Assembly: GCA_000182565.2 (NCBI GenBank)
Contig: KQ257455.1
From: Spizellomyces punctatus DAOM BR117
Taxonomy: Eukaryota
Reading direction: 5' to 3' (one strand)
DNA: 64,000 bases
In this document: piece after piece, positions 48,201 to 59,936 of the stretch
Numbering within the stretch: the stretch's first letter is position 1
Layout of the letters: every line of letters begins with the position of its first letter
The notes under the pieces: model-generated
Database searches by the model: none
Told to the model about the DNA's origin: nothing
What the model saw: the letters and a program-made list of their open reading frames with translations, nothing else
Program-made: the position numbers and the translations under genes

Positions 48201-50211
48201 CGCCCTTCCTTTTTCATAATACTTTTTGAGCTGACCAGGCTTATCCAGAGGATTTGCGTATCCGGCACCATCGTCGTCCACTACAAAGTCGTCCGGATTC
48301 TCGTCCTCCCCAAAGTCATCAAGCATGGAGGCATTGTATTGTGCAAGTTCGTCATCTTTCTTCCCGGGCGTGTCTGTTAATCATGTATGTCAGTTGGCGT
48401 GAATCAGTTTGTTTGCGACCAGGAGAGCCAATGATACCCACCGCTTCGCTGCTCATCGCCTTCATCTACTTCCATCGCCTCCTCTTCAAAGAGTCTTTCC
48501 AGCTCTCCCTTTTCCTGTGCGGACGCCGGTACAGCATTTGCCCAATATGACATTCTACCAAGCTCGTCAGTCTAAAGCCCAGAGTGGGATAACGTTAGAT
48601 ACGAATTCGCACTATAAGCAGTGCACACCATGCACATGTTCATTCACACGCATCCGCTTACCATGCATAGATCATCCGCCTTCGGATGCCACGCCAACCC
48701 CGTTATGCGGCACTTTGCCTGATCTCTACAACGACCGTAGAATTTTAGCATATTCACTTCGGCCAAAACTTTGTCATTGGAACCGACCTGAAGAGTGGGT
48801 TTTTTCTATCGTCATCTGGCTTCCATATGCACAGGCGTCCTTGCACGGTCACGGTAGCCAGCAAAGATCCACTATTAGACCAGGCCACGAGTGCAATACA
48901 CTGATATGCACGAAGATTGAAAGAACTTATATGTCACGATCTGGATGCAATGTGAGACAGACACCACTTACATCACTCTGATTTGCTTCTTTCAGAGAAT
49001 ACAGATGCCTCCAGGTATAGGCTTCTAATATAACGGTATCTGCCAGGCGGGTGTTTAGTCAGTGCTTCTCCATTTCGGTCGTATTGTACTGCTACGCACC
49101 ACCCAGCTTGCCCGGTATTGCGAAATGTTTCCCCGAGGAATGCCACGACATTCGACAGTATTCGTTGGTTCTGGGATATTGGTGAAACAGGGATGCGTGA
49201 TGCGAGAGAAAAACTATCGTTGTGGCGATGCGTGAAAGCTTACTCTGGATCTGACGTGGCAATTATTGAACGCAGGACCCGCTCACACTTGGGTTTCTCT
49301 CCTCGTAGGTCCCAAACCATCAACTCGCCATCTGATCCGGCAGAGACCTAAAATGCCCCTAACTAAATGAGTGGATACTGTTCCAAAGGTGCTCAACGGA
49401 GCTAAGTCGCATACCAAGAACTCCCCACGAGAGTCAAATGATAGAGACTTTAAACCCCGACGATGACCTCTCAGCGTCATGATATTCGTGATGTCTTCCG
49501 TATCTACCAGTTTGATATCTAGCTCACTGGGATCGAGACTTAGAGAGCATCAATGAATCAAAGCAGCGCAACGTTCACCTTACTCTGACGCTATCGCTGC
49601 CCATTGTGCTTTATTAGTTCCATGTCTTCCTGGTCGCAAAACCACATCTCGAACTGTGAGAGTGCAGCGCAGAAGCAGACGTTGATATTGACCAGTTGGT
49701 AGAGAGTATAGACAGACGGAATGATCCTCAGATCCTGTCACGATCCGTTCGCTCTATGTTCAGTGATTTTTAATGTCATTTCTGTCGCCCTATATTCCAA
49801 TTGGAACCCAGACGCCGGTTGAATGCGATATACATACGTCGACATGTATACATGTGATCGCCCCTTTATGTTGCTCGACCTTTATGGCGTCCTCATCCTC
49901 TTCGTCCCCATCACGAACCGCTGTCGTCGATACGATTCGTAAAATTGCGTCGTCCCCAACGCTCAATATTCGGCTATATGAACAAAATTGCTGTAAGTTT
50001 GCATGCTTTCGGCCTAATGCTGTCGCTATGTTCTCAACAAATATCAACATATAACACTCCTGCACCGTGCTTCACATCGATGCCAGTTCATATCAAGTGC
50101 CCCCGCAGCAGTATCCATGCTTAATGTTTACCTTCCGTCCGGTGAGAAGACCACATTTGTCCGCCCTTGTATATGGGCCACTCGAGGCCGCAATCTTTGA
50201 AGTACGGACAT
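45199..50211 (-). CDS. CTF4: CTF4/Mcl1/SepB (WDHD1/AND-1) replisome adaptor, many exons
   Basis: N-terminal MSVLQRLRPRVAHIQGRTNVVFSPDG WD40 start; SepB-domain motifs QEAFQPGATP..RRYL, VEFHDRS, QRYLRFFSYSGLQ, WVPVLD..YWPV, ALDLCG. Confidence 0.92.
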
Positions 50212-50354
50212 GGACAAGCGGCGAACGTGAATATGTATCTAACGGGGACCCTTATCGTGAGAGAAGACCCGTCCCACTTTGAAGAAAGACTAGCGGTTTA
50301 TATGTGCTAGAATGTTGGAAGGTGAGTTCAGCGAGGTAGATGGTAAAAGGTCCG

Positions 50355-50360
50355 ACGCGT
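50355..50360. promoter_or_regulatory. Putative MCB (ACGCGT) G1/S element ~145 bp upstream of CTF4
   Basis: Exact ACGCGT upstream of a replication gene; a hexamer can occur by chance. Confidence 0.35.
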
Positions 50361-50800
50361 GAGTCATGTCCGAAGCATGTCCGATTCCTTCCAGAACTGG
50401 GCGAAATACAAGTAATTGTCGGCAACCTTTCCGGCTCACCAGGCTGCAGTAGGATAACGATAACATCCTGATACAATGAATTCATCTACATCCTAGAATC
50501 AATAGAATCTGTTTCCTATGTCTGAAGGTATTCTCGGCCCAAGCTTCGCACACCGTGAGCTTTCAAGGCACTCTGATGATCCACAAGTATCCGCAGCATA
50601 TACAATAGCTATCACCTTACTAGCAGCACATTGCTTCACAATCCATAGCTCAAGAGAACGCCTACCAGTACGCTTTTCCAATAATGCGCCATAGTACGCA
50701 ACTTGCCCGATCAATTGCGTAAGCGTGAAGGGCACGTGACCATGGCTATGATAAAGCGATAGCATCTTTTGAACTTCCTACGACGAACGGATGTAAACAA

Positions 50801-52762
50801 ATGCCCCGCACACAAGTTCTAGCACCTATAATATCAGAACCAGTGCGTTCCGTGGCTGACGGCGATGATGCTATTGCCGGACTGGATACCCCGACGTTAA
50901 ACGGTGCCATCAAGTACCGACGAAATGTGTCTTTTGCTGCGTCGCTCTTTGCAATGGTTAGTGATCTCTGCGGCATCTGGGTACTATTATCATATTAGTC
51001 AACTTTTGTGGTATTACTCTAGGTCTGCGGAGGCACCCTCTATCTGTTTTCTGCGTATGCGACAGCATGTCCGTGCACGTTAGACAGCGTTTATTTGCGC
51101 GCTGCCGTCTAACCTCACCATTTTCAGTTGCAGAGAAGCTTGGGTATACGCAGACACAAATGAACCTCATTGCCAGTGCTGGGGGGTATATTTCATCTAT
51201 TTCTTGTTATGCAGAGTTATATGTTTCTCATTGTATCCAAATCCGACTTTCAGATTAGGATTATATCTCTCTGGTCCGGCGATGGGATCTTTTGTAGACC
51301 GATACGGGCCAAAGAAAGTTGTATTTGCATCAGCCGTACTCCTATTTACCGGCTATTCATGCATGGGTATGTCTGCCTGTTAACGTGATCTACAACTCAC
51401 TTTGGATCGCTGTTACTCAACTGCGTTGTCGCTATCAGCATTGACGTTCAACGGAGCCTTTGCACACAGCTCCTTCCTCTTGGTAGCAGTATCCTACGCA
51501 CTTGTAGGGCTCGGCTCGGCTGGTAGTTATAATGCAGCTATAACCACAAATGTCCGAAATTTTCATCCACGAGACCACGGCTTCGTTGTTGGCATATCTG
51601 TATCTCTCTTTGGATTGTCAGCGTTCATCTTCTCGCAACTTAGCGCGTTTTTCTACCGCCGTCCTTTATCTGCAGAGTCGTCGTCTGCACCACATCATGA
51701 AGCAATCGATACGTACGCATTCCTCATGTTCCTAGCATGCGCCACAGGAGGAGCGAACCTCGTTGCTACTTTGGGGCTGACAGATTTATCAAAGGATACT
51801 GGAATAGTTTACCAGAGACGAAGTTCAGAGAGTGTGCACGTAGGAGAAGAGCGAAGAGGTCTGCTGCCGACCGAAGACGAAGAGGGAAGCGGCATAGATG
51901 TGAGGGTTGAGGATACGCATTCATCGCAGCCGTCTGCAAGGGCTCCCAACCCTGAAGACCGGCACATAAGCGTGAATACGTCACTATTCCAGAGTACTGA
52001 TGCTTGGATCTTGTTTGTTGCTTTCTTGCTACTTACTGGCACTGGTCTGATGTTCATAAACAGTAAGCTCAACCATTTTACGTCCAATGCCTTTGAGGAC
52101 GCTGACCCTTCTTTCTTTCAAACTGCAGACATTGGCGCGATTGTGGTTTCTCTCTTTCCTCTGGCTAGCGATACCGTTCTCATCTCCAAAGCTCAGGCGC
52201 GTCAAGTATCCATTATATCCATATTCAATTGCGCTGGAAGAATCGTCACAGGTCTTGGCTCAGATACCGCGCAGCGAAGGTGGGGTACACATCGACTGTC
52301 GTTCATGATCATGGGAGCAGGACTCCTAGCTGTTACACAAGCTGGGTTAGCCATATCGCCGTCTATGGACGTTTTACATATTTGGACAGCTTTGGTGGGA
52401 TTTTCCTACGGAAGCTTGTTCTCAAGTGGTCCTGTAATTGTCGGGACATGGTTTGGGATCAAAAAATTTGGAACACATTGGGGATGGTAAGTACTACGTT
52501 CCCCACGTCACAGAGTATCATGTTTGCAAATATCTTTTCATCCAGGTTTCAATGGGGCCCAGCTGCTGGAGGGCAGCTCTGGAATACAGTTTTCGGTGCC
52601 ATTATGGATGCAAACCGACCCACAAAACCGGATGGGGAATGTAAAGGATCGCACTGCTTCCAATTGGCTTTTGTGCTGACAGCTGTAGGTAGTCTCTCTA
52701 GTATGGGACTGTTATACATTTTGTATTGGCGACGAACTGCCAGCTACGCGCCCTTGCACTAG
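50801..52762 (+). CDS. MFS transporter, MCH1/nodulin-like family, multi-exon
   Basis: GGTLYLFS, LGYTQTQMNLI, TNVRNF..GISVSLFGLSAFIFS, TGTGLMFIN, FNCAGRIVTG, WFGIKKFGTHWG, CKGSHCF. Confidence 0.88.
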
Positions 52763-53467
52763 CTGCTGCATCTACTGTAGGCAATTTTTATATTTAATGT
52801 GTATAATCAAGTATCTGAGAAATTTGCCTCATTGTCTCTGCACGATAGTATGTCAGTATCTCGCGAATCAATGTTAAGATTAGCAAGCAATCACATTTGA
52901 ACAAGACCTGGAGAACTTCCCCGTTGATGCTTTGCGCAACCTTACTTTTTCATCTTCTCTACGGTACTAATCCTAAAGTCATTTTTAACCACGCCTAAAT
53001 CCGTACGTGATGGACCTGTCTCCCCTCCACGGTCCTAGACGACGTGGGTGCGCTGGATTGTCTGGAATGTCGCCGGCGCTAAATGCAAAGTGCCGAGGCC
53101 TTGTCCCAATGGGATGCCTTGAGTGAGATTCATTGGGGATGTCAAAGCGACGGAATAATACGCCGTAAGACCCTATCCTTAAAGGGCAGAATCCGTACAA
53201 AATAATCCCGCGCGCGAAAACAATGCTATTTAAAGCAAATGGATACGCTTCCCATGCCGTGGATAAAGTTTGGGTAAAGCAGGGAGGATTCAGGCACCCT
53301 CCCCATGTCAATTTCGGTTGGTAAGCTTGCCGATGCCCGGCAGGCGGTATGACGGAACCGTGATCTATGCAGTGCCTATTTATATTTAAGTTTGTGGTGG
53401 CTTTGAGCATGCTTGCAACTCATAAAGACATGGACCTAGCAAACAGTGTACTGTATATACAGCAAAG

Positions 53468-55522
53468 ATGAGCAGTTTTCGACCAGTTTCCACGGACGAC
53501 ACCGAGAGCATGTCGGGCAATAGTGTGCCAAATTCGCCCAACCCAAATACCCTTCACAATACCATGTCAGAGTCATCAGACAACAGATCTGATCGAGATA
53601 TGGACAGTCAACCCAACTCCCAGGTTGAATTTTTTCCAAAGACAAGAACCCCGACAAGAACACCTAGTGGAGTACGCACATCACGTTCGGGACGATCATC
53701 TGCAACACCTCTTGTCGCACGACTATTTGCTGAATATGCAAAATCAAATCAGGAGCGACAGCACGGTAGCGATGCCGGTTACTCTGATAGCGACACCGAG
53801 AAAGTAGTTGATGTGCCCTTTGGGAAGGAACTGACCTTGAAAGAGGGCAAAGCTTTGGAATTTACAAAATCTAGGGAACTTGCAAAGGAAGAGCTGCCGA
53901 ATCTCTACGCGGATGTTGTCCATCCGCGTTGGAAACGCGAGTTGATGAGGAACTATCTTCAGACTTTCCTGATAACTTTGGTGACTGCAACAATTGCGTA
54001 TATGGTAAATATTTTTTAACAATGTGCCAATGTTGCAGCGAATTAACTGTCCACCTTAGATTATCATTACCATCAGTAAACTTCCATGGCAATCCGACGA
54101 ATTTAGGCAGTCAACGTATTCGTCCAGTCTATCAGAACCTTACTTTAAATCCCCCCTCTATGCGGTCCTGGCCGCGCTTACATTTATAACCTCCCTTGTC
54201 GGCTTTGTTGCGGTCCAGTTTTGGAGTATGTTTGGTTGGGAAAGATGGAAAACATCAGGCATCGGCTGGGTTTCACTAGTGATGTCGCTTTTTGTGGTCG
54301 GTGGAATGATGGGACTGTGGCAGAGTCGTTTGACTTACTGGTGGTAAGTAACCTCCGAAAGGCAAAAGGTCAATCTATATTATTAACTTGTGGTTATCTT
54401 TCCAGGTGGTACGGAGATGCCTTTATCCTTGGTAAGTGTTACAAGTTATCAAAAAACCTGACCTGAAAAGAGGAAGTTGACACCTTTTTAAATAATAGCC
54501 ATTACTTACACAACAATGTGCTTTGCCTTTGGCGTTCTTGGTTACGTTCAAGCAAACGACAGCACCAAGCTTCGCCTGCGCGAGCGCTTCAAAGAAGGTG
54601 TACTTTTCACGATTGCAGAGCTTATCGTTGCCGTTGCGTCTCTGATTTATGGACTGTGGATGATGCCCGTCTATAGCCACCTTTCTCTGCCGGCGAAGAT
54701 GGCATGGCGTGCTCTCGTTCATCCGGCGTACTTTGAGTTCTTGGTCATGGTACCCACCCGCATGCTAATCGAGCATCGCGCGAAGCGTCAGTCTGGGTCG
54801 CTGAACGCTCTGCAAGCATTGACAATGGTGCATGCACAGAGTCATATTTTAACCATGTCCACCGCCATGCTGTCAGAGTTGGGTGGATTCAAGGAAACTT
54901 TACTAGGGGTGTTCCTAATGCACGGAGAGCGTTATATTTTGAGGTCAACGGTAATCATTCGCGATCATGCCGTTCGGAGGCTATTCAGATTCAAATCCAA
55001 CGATAACTTGGAAAAGTACCTACTGGCCATGGAAATGTGGATAGAAATCATAATGGACAATAGCGCAACACTATTTGCCCCTTACATGGCTTTGGCCTTC
55101 CTACCGTTAAAGGACACATTCACCTTTCATTATGAAGGAGTTGGTAAGTAGCGCAATACGGCTTCTAATCGAAAACATTTCTCAAAGTGTCCTTTTTCTT
55201 CTGGATGATTTTAGTTCACGAGGTCACCACTCAGACGGTAATTCAAAAGATCTTTATCCAATTGACACTTGGGATCTCCTACGACCTGGTGTTTCTTTTA
55301 ACAAACACAACACGTCTGCAGCGCCTCCCGTTCTTGAGAACATGGCGCGACATCATGGTTCATCGGAGAAGGTTTACAACATTCTTGGTTTATTCGATGA
55401 ACACTATGGGATTGCTGCTACTTTTGTGGATGTTTATCCGAGTACCTCGGGCAGTGATGTGCGAATCTGCAGATCCATGTTCTTGTTTCGTGAACCATCC
55501 AGAATGCCGTGGAAGCTCGTAG
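53468..55522 (+). CDS. Multi-pass membrane protein of unknown function, multi-exon
   Basis: Chained ORFs 53468-54019, 54516-55151 and 55187-55522 with several hydrophobic helices, GT-AG junctions and a Cys-rich C-terminus. Confidence 0.7.
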
Positions 55523-55648
55523 GCTTAATCTAGCTAATATCTAGCGTCGCTGAAAGTTGGTAGATGGTGAAGGAATCAGGCATCAGTGTAGTATTTACAT
55601 GGTACAAATTGTAGCTCTCTCCCTTTGTGTTTGTCGTGTCGGTCATTG

Positions 55649-56995
55649 TCATTCCTCGGGTTCAGTGCCCAGACATTTTTCTTCCTCCAAAATGCGCTCA
55701 TTCTGAATCAATCTATCCACGTCGCCCACCTTCCACTCTCCGTCCATTCTGTCTACAAAATGCGGGCTCTCAAATCTCACCCACACAGGATGATCCACTG
55801 TTTGTTGCGAGATGATTGTACCTTCACCATCCCCATATTTCTTTTCACGCACAGTGACACGGAATTTTGTTTGGAAACAGACGTCAACCCCTACTACTTG
55901 TCCCTTTCGAATTATGGACGATTTGAGCCCAAAGGAAAGAGGGCCACGTAGGGCTTCAGGAGTGTCAGACTGTTTAAAGGCATATTCAAAGACCACTTCT
56001 CTGAAAAGATAACGTTGATTGTCCGAATCCCTGAGCTCCCTCACAAAGCTCAGAGGGTTGAAGCGTCTTACGACTTTGCCAAACATCAGTGTTGATTTGA
56101 CCTCTTCCGCAGATCCAAAAGTGAGCCAAACGTCGCCCGGAGTCGTCCGTAATTCATCAAGGAGCTTGAACTCGATTTCCACCCCTTCCTTGTCAAGTTT
56201 TTGATGTGACTTTTGAAAGCGCTGGTACATGCTGGGAGTTAATAGCTCTGAAAGGGCATTGTCCGACGACGATGACCCGTTCCATTTTGAGAGACGCGGT
56301 AATAAGGACGTGAACGCGAAGCCTGCGCCTTGAGTGAATAGATCAGGGAAGTATTTGGGCTGATTTTCTGCCACAGGGAAGCGGGATTCCATCCAACCCT
56401 GAGTCTATTAGTTAGTACTGGCTCGAGTCCCGTAATATGAACCTTGATACATTGGACGCACCCAAGTTGTTATTCTTGCAATATTCCTGCATGTACAGAT
56501 TGAATGTGTTCATGAGTCTTTTGTAGGGCGAGCGGTACCATGACAGAACTTTTCCCCACCTCCTAGCAGGACCCAAAAAAACCCGCTCAACCCATGGCCA
56601 CCATGACGGTATCGGGTCGAAAGGCCTATGAGAAGTGTGTAAAAAAAATAATCAGTGCCATTGTCCTTGGAAACCCTTCCTTTCCAACTTACCCCCGCCT
56701 CGGAGTGCCGGTTAACCGCAACGGATAGTCTTCCAGTATCTCATCAAGTGGAATATAGGATCGCGGAGCTTCCAAAGCCTCCTCGTCGCATCCTTCTGAC
56801 AAAGTTATTGCAAACTTTGTAAGCGTGGATGAAGAGTGGGATGAAGATGGTACACGTTTCTGAACCTTTCTCCCACGAGGGTTTAGAATATTGGCGAACC
56901 AAAGGCTGCACTGTACTTGACGACGGGAAACGACACGGCAAGTAGCGATGACGGGCAGTGGGCATCGCCCTCGTCAAGGGAAACTTTGCCAGCAT
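55649..56995 (-). CDS. Probable mitochondrial protein, Tim44/MAIP1-like fold
   Basis: Arg-rich presequence-like start MLAKFPLTRAMPTARHR; FTQGAGFAF..LSELLTPSMYQRF and VRFESP..EWKVGDVD; introns between 56400 and 56860. Confidence 0.6.
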
Positions 56996-57542
56996 CGTGT
57001 GATGAACGAGTGCTGTGTGGTGGCCTTTTGGTTGCGATGGACCATTTGCAACCAGCCTAGCAATCTATCCATTTCTGGATATATTACGAGATCACGTGAA
57101 CGCGATGAAAGTTGACGTCGCCATGCGCAGATCTTTTGCAGGGGATCGTTGAGATAGCGGCCGCGCAAACACAACATTGAGGTGTATTGCTGGGTGTGTT
57201 GTGAACTCTGAACGAGCAACGAACAACGAGCGATGAACGACCGCAGCGGTCACGACGGGAACCATGTAGCCATAGCCAAACCTGCACGGCCAACGCCATT
57301 CAAAATCTCGTAATTTATCGCATGCACTGCCAGCAAAAAAAAAACACAATCAAGATATCCGCAAGATGCGTCCGCCATCTCATTGGTCGGAATGCATCGG
57401 ACGCCAATTGATGGCAATGAAAAAAGATTAGATCTAAATCACGTGATATATAGATACAATTATCTGCCTTATAAAGGGGATCGCTTGGTTTTTTCTTCCT
57501 GCCTCGCTACCCACGCATCTACCCACACATTCTCCCCTCATC

Positions 57543-58960
57543 ATGAACCCTGCAAGATCTGCTGCTGCACGCGCCGTGCGCGCCATCTCCTCTTCTGCAA
57601 GGCAACCTGCCGCCCGCACCATCACCACTGCGGCTGCACGAGCAATCCGTGCTAGCGCTCCCGTTGCCGTGAGAAGCCCTGTGGTAAGTTTCTGGCAGGA
57701 TGTTGTGGTGGACAACACGATAGATTCATTGGCTAAACAAAATTTCAAACATAATTGCAGTTTGTCCAGCAACGTGGCGTCAAAACCTTGGACTTTGGTG
57801 GATCAAAAGAAACCGTCTGGGAGAGATCTGACTTCCCCAAGGAAAAGCTCCACAAGATCTTTGCCAACGACACTTTTGCCGTCCTCGGCTACGGTACACA
57901 AGGATATGCCCAATCGCTCAACCTTCGCGACAATGGTCTCAAAGTGATTGTTGGTGTGCGTAAGGGCGGTCACTCTTGGGAGGCTGCAAAGAAGGACGGC
58001 TGGGTGGAAGGCAAAACCCTGTTCTCCATCGAAGAAGCTGCTGACAAGGGTACTATCTTGATGTACCTTTTGTCTGACGCTGGTCAGAAGGAGGGTTGGC
58101 CTACCATCAAGCCATACGTGACAAAGGGCAAAACACTCTATTTCTCCCACGGTTTCAGTGTCGTATTCCCCGAACAGACTGGCGTTGTGCCACCAAAGGA
58201 TGTAGACGTGATCCTTGCTGCCCCCAAGGGCTCTGGTGCTACCGTCCGCTCCTTGTTTCTGGAGGGCCGCGGAATCAACTCGTCTGTTGCTATCCACCAA
58301 GACGTATCTGGTCAAGCTCGCGAGCGAGCATTTGCCATGGGTGTTGCAATTGGATCTGGATACCTCTACGAAACTACATTGTAGGTGTCGCTCGCTCTTG
58401 TAATCGACTGGGGTAATGTGATATTGACGTGCTCTCTTGGTTCTTTAGCAAGAAGGAGGTGTACTCTGACCTTACTGGTGAGCGTGGTATCTTGATGGGT
58501 GCCATTCAAGGAGCGTTTGCCGCTCAGTACGACGTCCTCCGTGCCAAGGGTCACAGTCCCTCTGAGGCTTTCAACGAAACTGTCGAGGAGGCGACCCAGT
58601 CTCTATACCCATTGATTGCAAAGAATGTGAGTGTCGCTGCTGTTCCGGACACCAACTGATTATTCGTGAGACTTATCCTCTTTTTCTTGACAGGGTATGG
58701 ATTGGATGTACGCCAACTGCAGTACCACCGCTCGTCGTGGTGCTCTTGACTGGGCGCCCGAATTCTACAAGGCCACCAAGCCTGTGTTTGAGGCTCTGTA
58801 CGAGTCTGTCGAGAACGGATCTGAGACCAAGAGGAGTTTGGAGGAGAACAGCCGACCAGACTACCGGGAGCGATTGGAGGCCGAGCTCCGTGAAATCCGT
58901 GAAAGTGAAATGTGGCGGGCTGGCCGAACGGTGCGAAGCCTCCGTCCCGAGAACAATTAA
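57543..58960 (+). CDS. ILV5: Mitochondrial ketol-acid reductoisomerase
   Basis: VLGYGTQGYAQSLNLRDNGL, LLSDAGQ, YFSHGFS, APKGSG, EVYSDLTGERGILMG, GMDWMYANCSTTARRGALDW, LRPENN; 3 introns. Confidence 0.97.
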
Positions 58961-59434
58961 AATGTTGCGTACGATGGGGATGGTAAGCGGGTAGATGGAA
59001 ACCATTTGTTGTAATTAAGTATTTGGATGAATTTGAATGCTACTGGTTTGACAGTCGAATGTTGTCTAATTCGGTTGCAATGTGTAATTTGAGAAATGAT
59101 GCAATAAAAGGGTTTGTTTTAAAAGAGCGCCATGTGACGGACAAGGGGGCATGTCATGCGCTGTTGCTTACCTCAGCTGATATGGAGGCCGCCCGACGGG
59201 AGGCGAGGGGAGTATAAAAAGGATAGCGGATATCGTTTTGGTTTTTTTGTTTTATTCTGCTCATTTTCCCTTTCAACGGACGGCCTGGAGGGAACGAGCA
59301 ACCTTTTTTTTTTTGAGTTTGTGTTGCTTTTCGAGGTTTTTAGCAACAGACAAGGACATCCCCCGTGCCGTGTCCAGTGCACATCCATTTGAACCAAAAA
59401 CAAGGACAGCAACTCGTCTTTTTTTACACCAAAC

Positions 59435-59716
59435 ATGTCTTCTTCAAGCACAGCGCCCATTACCATTCCTATGCGTGCCACATCCTCGCTCTTGCGCGGT
59501 TCACCTCCACTCATCGAAACTGGGTCGTCCGCCCCTCAAGCTGCCTCTGTCTCTCCGACCTCTGCAAAGCACCATCCGATGGCCCGTCGAGGTTCTATGG
59601 CGTATCCATTTGTCGATGCTGATCCAGAGGTTGAGGGTTCTTCTCCTCCTACAAGGACGCGCACTATGAGTTTGTATGATATCCATTCGCAGGATCCGTC
59701 CGGAAAGGCCGTGTGA
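59435..59716 (+). CDS. Small Ser-rich protein (93 aa)
   Basis: Good start context (aaacATGtct), TATAAAAA at 59213-59220, T-rich 3' flank, RRGS and RTMS basophilic kinase-like sites. Confidence 0.5.
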   Translation: MSSSSTAPITIPMRATSSLLRGSPPLIETGSSAPQAASVSPTSAKHHPMARRGSMAYPFVDADPEVEGSSPPTRTRTMSLYDIHSQDPSGKAV

Positions 59717-59936
59717 GTGGGCCGGGTGATGGGCGGTGTGGAAAGTTGCATTATCCATCTTGTTTCTTTTTTTGATTCCTTTTGGGTTCACGGTTAGGCT
59801 TTGCTTTGTGTGTAAGATACATTTATATATCCCGTTGTCTTTTCTGGAAATCATTGCGCATCAGAAAATGTCACTTTTTTTTTTCTATTCTGGGTCTTTT
59901 GCTACATGTGCACTATAATTACACGAATTACATTTT

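Noticed and set aside
58382-58384. Apparent premature stop in ILV5, and similar ORF breaks in other core genes
   Set aside because: Explained by ordinary GT-AG introns (here ACA TT|gtaggt).
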